A stretch of 63,467 bases of DNA, the filler included, from Octopus bimaculoides (taxonomy: Eukaryota), in assembly GCF_001194135.2 (NCBI RefSeq). It is 4 parts of 3 records of this genome, joined end to end, with 100 filler letters (N's around TTAATTAATTAA, not from the genome) between each part and the next. Parts side by side here need not be neighbours in the genome. Positions count along the whole stretch, not along the records: positions 17,636 to 46,604 come from NC_068982.1; 3 more parts are not named here. One strand, given 5' to 3'. The notes beneath the pieces are model-generated. The model ran no database searches, had not been told where the DNA came from, and was given only the letters and a program-made list of their open reading frames with translations. Shown here piece after piece: positions 24,776 through 34,207 of this stretch. The translations under genes were made by a program, and so were the position numbers. Within the stretch, counting starts at the first letter, position 1, and every line of letters starts with the position of its first letter.

Positions 24776-25456
24776 ATTCAAATTATATATACCAATTATG
24801 CTTCATGGAACAATGTCATTTCTTTATTGATCTGGGCCAGTTCTAATATTTGCACATGTAAATTTCACCTGAACACCTTGGTTTCCATATCTTTTAGGGG
24901 TTATTTTATTTACAGCATTAGTTTACTGCTTGATATTCTGATTTCCTCTCATTTTGAGATTTAAAGAATATGAAGAATAACAAGCAAAATAATTATGCTC
25001 AGAGTTTAAAAAAATGTGTTCACTTTCACTCCTATGTTCTTATTTAATAAGCATGAATTATGTATATGTCATTTGCATAATTATGAAATATACTATACAT
25101 ATTGAGTGCATTAAATATGGGACTATCTATAAATGTAGTACAAAGCCATTTTAATTTCTACATGGAAGATTACTTTTCAAGAGAAATTTAGTGGTGTTCT
25201 ATGAAACTGAATATTCCTTCTTTAAGAACAATTCTGGGCTATTTACAGTTACTTAGGCAATGCCAAGTATTCTGAAAGTAAAATACATATTGTTTGATCA
25301 ATTATGCACAGTACTCTAAGTCTTCTTTTTGTGAGGTTGTTGTAAATACAGAACAGAGCAAATCCTTATTTTTTTTTTTTTCACTGGTTTATCTAGTAAT
25401 TTGATGAATATGGATATTGTCCCGTGTGATAAGTCTGTAGCTTGGAGAGTCCTATT

Positions 25457-25509
<53 letters not shown>

Positions 25510-25740
25510 GGCAATAGGTGAGAGCTAGACATGCTCAGTACGGAAAACATGTAGTAGTGCTCAGATGAATTTTAACTTAGAATCCGAATTCTTCATCCAT
25601 GGCGTCAAGAGTGGCTATAAGAGAAATCCAAAATGAGCTGATATGGTGGTAGTAATGCAGATAAACACCATCAGGCTTCACACACATACAGGTGCAGGTG
25701 TGGCTGTATGGTAAATAGTTTGCTTCTGACCACATGGCTG

Positions 25741-26663
25741 TGTTTATGCTGGTGCTTCTGCTAGGGCTGCAGCCGTTGTTGTTGCCATTATGGCTGGTGA
25801 TGGCACTGGACCTGTTTCTGCTGCTACTATAGGGGCTGTCAAGTTTGCTAGTGTGGACACTGTCAGGTCTGCTACTGGTGTTGATGGCAATGTTACTGTT
25901 GTTGATGTTAGTTATGGTGCCGAGGGTGTCAATGTAGTCGTTGGTGCTGCTATTGTTGACGTTGTTAATGTGTCCACTGTGGCGGTGTTGTTGGCTCTGT
26001 TCTCGTCTCTATGGCTGCTATTACTTCTGCCGGTGGTATTGGCAGGGTTCGCTAGTACTTTGGCTTGATAGATGACCCCTTTGGTTTCGCAACGGCCTCC
26101 TACTGGGCAACTGTTGCAGTTACTGCATGAACAACCTACCTCTCCCCGTGGCTTAGGGGTGCTGACTAGGATGCTCTTAATATTGGGGTCACAGATGAGA
26201 CAGTAACGTTGTACCTGCTGAAAATGGGACCTAATGAAGTGCTTGTCTATTAATTTAAGGAATAGTCTACCTGTGGGTATTATTGTGTTAAGGGTGAAGG
26301 GGGTGCAAACCAAATTGTATTTCTGTGGTGCTTCCTTCTGTGGCTGTTGGGCTTCAGAATATAGGAGATGCGGTCCCTAAACCCGATGGCAACTAGGACC
26401 TCATTATAGTACAGGGCCACTGCGTCGAGGGCCTCTTGGTTTGAGGAAAGGCTCAAAATCCTCTTACTAACATCCTTTAACAGGTTCTTGAACATGATGG
26501 GTGGATGAGAAGAGGCTGTATTGATGCACGTTAGCCTCTCATTTGGTTTGCAGTAGGGTCTGGAGCCCAAGTCGAGCATGACGTCTAAGAAGTCCGCTGT
26601 TGTTAGGTTGGTCTCTATGGTGATCTTCAATCTGATGGAGGCAATCGTGCTGATTAAGTCTTG
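25741..26663 (-). mobile_element. Penelope-like element, inverted 5' part: RT C-terminus, linker and first half of GIY-YIG endonuclease (frameshifted)
   Basis: LKITIETNLTTADFLDVMLDL..YCKPNERLTCINTASSHPP, RNTIWFAPP, LIDKHF, PNIKSILVS and CSCSNCNSCPVGGRCETKGVIYQAKV are characteristic Penelope-like element motifs (track ORFs 26280-26630, 25912-26313). Confidence 0.9.
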
Positions 26664-26667
26664 ACAA

Positions 26668-27430
26668 TTGCATTACCAACTACCTGCACCATCTCCAACT
26701 ACCTGCACCATCTCCAACAACAGCAATATTGACGACATCAGCAGCAATAATGACAGCAACAGTAACAACAACAGGTGCACCACTGGTAACACATTACCAA
26801 TGCCACCACCATCTCCAGCGATATCAACACCAGCAGCCCCAGCTCCAGCATCAACAACAACAACAACAACAACAGTATCATCGGCGATGGCAGCAACAAC
26901 AGATGCAACAGTAATAGGTGCAGTGCCAATATTATGTGCTTTTGGAAATACATTGGATGTACTGGGAATTCTCTCAAGCGACGCATTTCCAACCATAATC
27001 CTCCTTCAGGGTCCTGGAAAAGAGATATGTAACATTGCTAACCAGTCATGTCTGGCAACTAAGAGACGGCGGAATCCCACACTTGATCTCATGGAAAATC
27101 CTTGAAAACCTAGGCCCCTACATCAACCACGAGAATCCTAAAAGACTTGCTCAAGCCAGGGAGCATCCTTAACTCCAGAACAGAAATTTTTGGACCATGT
27201 TTGCATTTTAGGAGATTCCTGCTAGTGTTTTGGAATCCGCAAGATGGCTGCACAGCTAGAAGTCGATAGTCGATAGCCAATGGCAAAGAGATATTCCCCA
27301 TATTTATATTCGTAATGAGGCCTTTCCTCCTCCATATTTTGAAGAGGTCTTAGGCCAACAGGTTTTGGGGTCTGATGATATACCATAAAGTTGAATCCTT
27401 TATGGACAGGAAACTCAGAGTAATTCCATA
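26668..27430 (+). mobile_element. Penelope-like element, 3' part: low-complexity insert, second half of GIY-YIG and 3' tail
   Basis: Manual translation across frameshifts: KYIGCTGNSLKRRISNHN / SFRVLEKRYVTLLTSHVWQLRDGGIPHLISWKILENLGPY / ILKDLLKPGSILNSRTEIFGPCLHFRRFLL (26946-27224). Confidence 0.85.
27366..27428 (+). ncRNA. Type I hammerhead ribozyme-like motif in the Penelope-like element 3' tail
   Basis: CTGATGA 27372-78. Stem II CCATAAAG/CTTTATGG. GAAAC 27410-14. Short stem III ACTC-A-GAGT. Putative GUA cleavage triplet at 27420-22. Stem I TGGGGT/ATTCCA pairs using G-U. Confidence 0.65.
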
Positions 27431-28057
27431 CATATATATTACCTTTTACTTGTTTCAGTCATTAGACTGCGACCATGCTGGGGCACAATCTTGAAGAATC
27501 TTTGGTGGAATGAATTGACCCCAGCACTTTTTTCTTTAGACCTATATATTGAGGGAATAAGTACCAGGCTTATATATATGGAACAAGTTGTCAATCTATC
27601 TATCTGTCTGTTAATCTATCTTTATGTATATATATCGATGTGTGTGTACCTTCAAGGTGGTACCCCACTGTTATTATCACAAATATGAATATGAAAATAT
27701 GTCTGTCTTTTAAATATATATGAAGCACCAACACAATCTCATTTCAAGGTACTTAACAAGCAAGTACAACTCTGTAATAAATTTTTGCTTCAGAGAATCT
27801 AAAACACTAAATTAAAACGAAATCCAGAGGACAGTTGAAAAAAAAAAACATATTTTCTACCTAATCATTGAATTCCTCCACGAAATTCTTAACAACTATG
27901 TAAAGTTGTAGCATTTTAAAGTAACTATTTCATGAACTCTTACAGTCTAAAACTTAAATTTGTGAAGTAAAATTAGATGTTCTATTTTTATATGAATTCG
28001 TATGGGGAGATGAGAAACTAACTCTTCTTGCAGTAGGCTAATACATTTAGTCAGTTG

Positions 28058-28173
28058 AGTTATCTCCCTTAGGAAATGCTTGTATTCCGGAAGTTCATGA
28101 GAATACTTTGATGATGTGCACGTGGTGTTATTACAGATTCATTTAATATCACTTATTTTTTTACAGACACGTG
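28058..28173 (+). promoter_or_regulatory. Putative PNO1 promoter / 5'UTR motifs
   Basis: AGTTATCTCCCTT (28058), ETS-type CCGGAAGT (28087), E-boxes CACGTG (28119, 28168) upstream of ATG 28215. Confidence 0.45.
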
Positions 28174-28214
28174 GATATATATATATATTTGTCAATTTGA
28201 ATTGATTTAAAAAC

Positions 28215-28943
28215 ATGGAAAAACCCGTGGAAGCTAATGTTGAGGTTGACTCTGTTGATGTGAACTCAAGAAAACGGAAAAAACCTCTAGACAGCGATGT
28301 TGAAATGAAAGATTGCACCACTAACGATGAATCAGTAGATATATCACCGCCAAAGAAACCACAGTATCCTCCAATATCAGCAGCTTCGGCAACTGGTAAA
28401 TCAGAAAGGCGTAAAATCCCAGTTCCACCACATAGATATACACCTCTTAAGGAAAATTGGTTGAAAATTTACACTCCTGTAGTTGAACAGCTGAAATTAC
28501 AAATACGATTCAATGTAAAGACGAGAAATGTAGAACTGCGTACTTGTAAAAGCACCACAGAAATAGGAGCACTACAGAGAGGAGCGGATTTCGTACGTGC
28601 GTTTACTCTCGGTTTTGACATTGATGATTCTTTAGCTTTACTTCGTCTGGAAGAACTTTATTTGGAATCGTTCGATGTTACTGACGTGAAACCTTTAAAA
28701 GGAGATCATTTAGGACGTGCTGTTGGTCGACTGGCTGGCCGGAACGGCAAAACTAAATTTACCATCGAGAATGTTACCAAAACAAGGATTGTTTTAGCTG
28801 ATACAAAAATTCATTTGTTAGGTTCTTTTCAGAATATCAAAACTGCACGAAGAGCTATTTGTAATTTGATTTTGGGTAGTCCACCTTCAAAAATATACGG
28901 TAAGTTACGCACTATAGCTTCACGAACATCTGAAAGTTTCTGA
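28215..28943 (+). CDS. PNO1: RNA-binding protein PNO1 (Dim2), KH-domain 40S biogenesis factor; uninterrupted CDS, 242 aa
   Basis: Hallmark motifs RKIPVPPHRYTPLKENWLKIYTPVVEQLKLQIRFN and DHLGRAVGRLAGRNGKTKFTIENVTKTRIVLADTKIHLLGSFQNI..GSPPSKIYGKLR. AATAAA at ~29044. Confidence 0.97.
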   Translation: MEKPVEANVEVDSVDVNSRKRKKPLDSDVEMKDCTTNDESVDISPPKKPQYPPISAASATGKSERRKIPVPPHRYTPLKENWLKIYTPVVEQLKLQIRFNVKTRNVELRTCKSTTEIGALQRGADFVRAFTLGFDIDDSLALLRLEELYLESFDVTDVKPLKGDHLGRAVGRLAGRNGKTKFTIENVTKTRIVLADTKIHLLGSFQNIKTARRAICNLILGSPPSKIYGKLRTIASRTSESF

Positions 28944-30506
28944 TGGGGACTGAAACAGTCAAGTACGATTTAAATGGAATCATTTTAGATCCCATGCCCA
29001 AGACTTTACCGGAATTTATTGATAAATTCTTGTATGAATTATCAATAAATGATTGGAACATTCAATTCAGATGTGTACAAATGAAAGAACAGTAAAAATT
29101 AAAATTATTTTTGTCAAGTTATTTATTTAAAAGTGCTTCATTAAATTTTGCAAAGTCATTTTAATCTTTTGTTCAATATTCAAAAATTTAATCGGTTCAA
29201 ATAAGATACTTGTATCCACATATGTGTCCACATAAATGAAAGTAAGGTTACGTTACTAAAATATAAATTGTGAGAATTGCGGCCTAATTTCTAACAAAAA
29301 ATAGGGATTGTTTGAAAAAGACAAAAAAGGTAGAAAGAAAGAAAAAGAAAGCGATGTACATGAAATACTGAAACGAAAACAATAATTGCGTTTACTAGGT
29401 TTTAACATTTCGAAGTTTTTGCTTCATCATCATCTCTTAGTTTTCTAATACTTCTAAGCAACCTAAATGTCCTGTTGGAATGAATCCCAATTGTTGATAT
29501 GCAGAGCTAATCTAGTCGAAATTTTCCCATTTTTGTTAAGACTGCATACAGGTTTACATTAACATTTATGGAGATTTAGCTGTTATTTCCAGCAGTTTGA
29601 CCCACCGCAGAAAGCCTCCCCGGTGTCGTAACGGTGTCAGTCTTTTTCAACCGGTGTATTGTGAATTATGTAATGACTCTGCAGAGCTCTGGGCAAAAAA
29701 TTGGATATTTTTAAATACCATTTTCAAAAAGCGTTTCATGTCGTAGATTACAATTATGTATCGGAATTTGATGCGAAAAAAGTGGTGGGGGATGACAATT
29801 TGTACCTCATCAAAATGTATAATCGAAGTGTGTGAATAATCTCCGGGCTGTTATTTGGCTGTTATTTCTAGCATGTAAATAGCCTGCTTGGTGGTGGTGG
29901 GAGAATTGAAATTTTTCAAATAATTTTTTTTCAGAATCGGAATCTCCATAGCCTAAAACGTGGGATTCCGTAAAAAAAAAATTAATAAATAAGGTGGGGG
30001 GGAAGGTTCAGATTACATATAGTCCGTCTTCGCCTTTTTAATTCATACGATTGTGCAAGTTTTTTTTTTAAAACTCCCTCCCAATAAATCCTAAAATTTC
30101 AACTCTGTGTGTGTGTGCTGCTTCTGTTTTTATGTATTTATGTGTGTGGAATGTAGATATGTCGCATCAAAGAACAAGCACGCACCCACACAAGAACAGA
30201 CGTACNNNNNNNNNNNNNNNNNNNNNNNNNNNNNNNNNNNNNNNNNNNNNNNNNNNNNNNNNNNNNNNNNNNNNNNNNNNNNNNNNNNNNNNNNNNNNNN
30301 NNNNNNNNNNNNNNNNNNNNNNNNNNNNNNNNNNNNNNNNNNNNNNNNNNNNNNNNNNNNNNNNNNNNNNNNNNNNNNNNNNNNNNNNNNNNNNNNNNNN
30401 NNNNNNNNNNNNNNNNNNNNNNNNNNNNNNNNNNNNNNNNNNNNNNNNNNNNNNNNNNNNNNNNNNNNNNNNNNNNNNNNNNNNNNNNNNNNNNNNNNNN
30501 NNNNNN

Positions 30507-30790
30507 GTCTTCTACTATAGCCTCGGGCCGACCAAAGCCTTGTGAGTGGATTTGGTAGACAGAAACTGAAAGAAGCCTGTCGTATATATATGTGTGTGTG
30601 TTTGTTCCACCAACATCGCTTGACAACCGACGGTGGTGTGTTTACGTCCCTGTAACTTTGCGGTTCGGCAAAAAGGACCGATAGAATAAGTACTAGGCTT
30701 AGAAAGAATAAGTCCTGGGGTCGATTTGCTCGACTAAAGGCGGTGCTCCAGCATGGCCGCAGTCAAATGACTGAAACAAGAGTAAAAGAG
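30507..30790 (+). mobile_element. SINE family A copy (5' part in gap), little diverged
   Basis: GTCTTCTACTATAGCCTCGGGCCGACCAAAGCCTTGTGAGTGGATTTGGTAGAC..GGCCGCAGTCAAATGACTGAAACAAG. Confidence 0.9.
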
Positions 30791-31779
30791 AGAATATATA
30801 CCCTCAGGTCTTTAAGCAAGCTATCCACATGCTAGAAATAACAGCCAAATATCACAAAACTGCAATAACATAATGAAATTTTGAAAATTTTTTCAGAATC
30901 GGATCCTCCATAACCAAAAACATGGGATTCCGTACAAAAAAAATCAATATATATCCATTTTACCCCAAATTATGACTGAAAAATCAGATCTTGTAAATTT
31001 TCTGAAAGTCCCCTCCCCACTCCCAGGGTCGTCAGCGCACATTTTTTGTTTTCATATACGTTTTCCACGCACTTATTAACCCCCCCCCCCCNNNNNNNNN
31101 NGGTTAATTTCTCTTTTTGTTCCCGGGCGAGGATCTTTATATTGACCAAAACAAAATTTTGAAGAGAGTTGAAATTTTAGGATTGAAATGGGGTGAGGAT
31201 TAAAAAGATGAAAAAAAAAAAATTCCTGTGTGTAGAACACAAATTTGTAAGACTTTTATGAAAATTCCAAAAATTAAAAAATTGAAGTGTTATATGGGGT
31301 GCTTAAATCAGAAGTCAGCCCTTTTGTCTTGTTTCAGTCATTGGGCTGAGACCCCAGGTGTAGCTGTGTTACATAGAGCAGGCATGGCTGTATGGGTAAG
31401 AAGTTTGCTTCCCAACTAATATTGTTTCAAGTTCAGTCTCAGTGTGGTGCCTTGAGTCAACCAAAGCCTTGTTAGTGGACATGGGAGATGGAAACTGGAA
31501 GAAGCCCATTGCATATGTATATGTCTGTCCTCCACCATGACTTGACAACCAGTGTTGGTTTGTTTACATTCCCATAACTTAGTGCTTTATCTGAAGAGAC
31601 TGATAGGATAAGTACCAGACAAAAATAAGTGCTGGGATCACATTGCACTAAACTCGTTTGTTGATCCATATGGAACTGATTCCATGGAGACAATTACACA
31701 CACACACACACACCCCAATTTGGATTCTTGTCACCTCAGAATTCCTTAAAAGTATTTCAGATCATATAGAACTGTCTCA

Positions 31780-32162
31780 GAAAAGAGATTATCTAACGTA
31801 TATGGAGGAGGATAACTCTGTAAAGAAGTGCTGATTGCTAACTGGAAGGAACCTGTGGAAAAGATAGACCCAAGATGTGGGATGAGGTGGTGAAATATGA
31901 TTTTTGGATGTTGAGTCTCACAAAGATAAGTGACAGACCTTTTGGCAATTTGCTGTGCTTGAGAAGACATCAAGCTAAGTGAAATAAATGTCATGGCTAG
32001 TGTTGGCCACCCAGTACACTGTGAGGTAGTTGGTGTTAGGAAGGGCATCCAGCCATGAAAACCAAGCCATAACAGACTGAAGCCTGGTGCTGCTTACCAG
32101 CTCTGATCAGATTGCTTAACCCATGCCAGCATGGAAACAGATGCTAAATGATGATGATGATA
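31780..32162 (+). mobile_element. RTE-clade LINE 3' end fragment
   Basis: Decayed frame MEEDNSVKKC..GTCGKDRPKMWDEVVKYD resembles an RTE C-terminus, followed by GGTGTTAGGAAGGGCATCCAGC and a (TGA)n tail. Confidence 0.7.
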
Positions 32163-32462
32163 AACTAATTTATATTAGTGGTTGTGTTAATGATGGATTT
32201 TACTTTTCAGTCACACTGATGGTACAAAAGCAGAGACCTTTGCTGCATCAACAAATATTTTCTACATCTATATTCCTTGAGTGGTCTCTTAATTCTATGA
32301 ACACCTGACGTCCTGCCTATTCAGAAGATAACTTCCTCTCATCTGTTTCAGAGGTCCTGAACAGTCATGGGCCCTGTCCACCTTTGGTGGAATTCTGGTT
32401 TAAGCACCCCATAATACTCTTCATAAATTCTTTTATCTTTTGGAATTTTCAGAAAATGTCTA

Positions 32463-32661
32463 CTCTTTTACTTGTTTCAGTCATTTGACTGCGGCCATGC
32501 TGGAGCACCGCCTTTAGTCGAGCAAATCGACCCCAGGACTTATTCTTTTTAGAAGCCTAGTACTTATTCTATCAGTCTCTTTTGCCGAACCGCTAAGTTA
32601 CGGGGGACAAACACACCACCATCGGTTGTCAAGCGATGTTGGAGGGACAAACATATACACG

Positions 32662-32692
<31 letters not shown>

Positions 32693-32860
32693 ATATATAC
32701 GACAGGCTTCTTTCAGTTTCCGTCTACCAAATCCACTCACAAGGCTTTGGTTGGCCCGGGGCTATAGTAGAAGACACTTGCCCAAGGTGCCACGCAGTGG
32801 GGATGAACCCGGAACCATGTGGTTGGTAAGCTAGCTACCTACCTACCACACAACCACTCC
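32463..32860 (-). mobile_element. SINE family A, near full length
   Basis: Reverse complement of family A from tail (TTGTTTCAGTCATTTGACTGCGGCC) to head (ACCACACAACCAC). Confidence 0.9.
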
Positions 32861-34044
32861 TGTGTTCTACACATGGTAATTCATATGATTATGCAAAGAA
32901 ATAGCTTTCTCTTCATAAACACATCGAATGGAATAATGTGTCCAAGGTTGGTCCATTGCTGGGATTTNNNNNNNNNNNNNNNNNNNNNNNNNNNNNNNNN
33001 NNNNNNNNNNNNNNNNNNNNNNNNNNNNNNNNNNNNNNNNNNNNNNNNNNNNNNNNNNNNNNNNNNNNNNNNNNNNNNNNNNNNNNNNNNNNNNNNNNNN
33101 NNNNNNNNNNNNNNNNNNNNNNNNNNNNNNNNNNNNNNNNNNNNNNNNNNNNNNNNNNNNNNNNNNNNNNNNNNNNNNNNNNNNNNNNNNNNNNNNNNNN
33201 NNNNNNNNNNNNNNNNNNNNNNNNNNNNNNNNNNNNNNNNNNNNNNNNNNNNNNNNNNNNNNNNNNNNNNNNNNNNNNNNNNNNNNNNNNNNNNNNNNNN
33301 NNNNNNNNNNNNNNNNNNNNNNNNNNNNNNNNNNNNNNNNNNNNNNNNNNNNNNNNNNNNNNNNNNNNNNNNNNNNNNNNNNNNNNNNNNNNNNNNNNNN
33401 NNNNNNNNNNNNNNNNNNNNNNNNNNNNNNNNNNNNNNNNNNNNNNNNNNNNNNNNNNNNNNNNNNNNNNNNNNNNNNNNNNNNNNNNNNNNNNNNNNNN
33501 NNNNNNNNNNNNNNNNNNNNNNNNNNNNNNNNNNNNNNNNNNNNNNNNNNNNNNNNNNNNNNNNNNNNNNNNNNNNNNNNNNNNNNNNNNNNNNNNNNNN
33601 NNNNNNNNNNNNNNNNNNNNNNNNNNNNNNNNNNNNNNNNNNNNNNNNNNNNNNNNNNNNNNNNNNNNNNNNNNNNNNNNNNNNNNNNNNCTACTACTCT
33701 TTATAGTACTCAAGGTCATAACAGAGGAATTTAAGAACTACTATGTCGGTTGCGTGAGATTCCACCTCCTGTGATCGAATATGAAGAGTTGAAAAGAATA
33801 GAAATAACATCGGACATTTAATTTTAAGAAAAATATATGGAAAAATCCAATGTAAATTTTGAGAAAAAAAAAAAGGAAAAATGTATATACGTAAACTAGT
33901 GGGCATTACGCCTCATTTTCATTTTTTCATATTATCATTCGTTGTATTTTTTCTGCTGATTCTATCTCTTTTTTGTAATTTTTAGTTCACCGAGTTTGTG
34001 TTTGTTTTGTCTCAATTTCTATGTAGCCTTTCATAGGTAATACA

Positions 34045-34207
34045 AAAATCGATTCCAAAATCTAATCAGTTCGTGACAGTCATGAGACCAAACATCCCTG
34101 AAAGTTTCACCAATCAATCCAGCGGTTTTTGAGATATCTTGTCCACGGACAAACAAACACAACTGAAAAACAATACCTCCGCTTTAGCGAAGTAAAGTGG
34201 AAGTAAT
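34045..34207 (+). mobile_element. Helitron/Helentron-associated non-autonomous element (HINE-like) 3' end
   Basis: AAGTTTCA..AATCCAGCGGTTTTTGAGATATCTTG..ACAAACAAAC..then terminal hairpin TACCTCCGCTTT/AAAGTGGAAGTA (34174-34205). Confidence 0.5.

Noticed and set aside
25790-27105. ORFs 25790-26068, 26668-27105 and 26673-26996 as mucin-like or membrane host genes
   Set aside because: Explained as sense or antisense readings of the low-complexity insert of the Penelope-like element.
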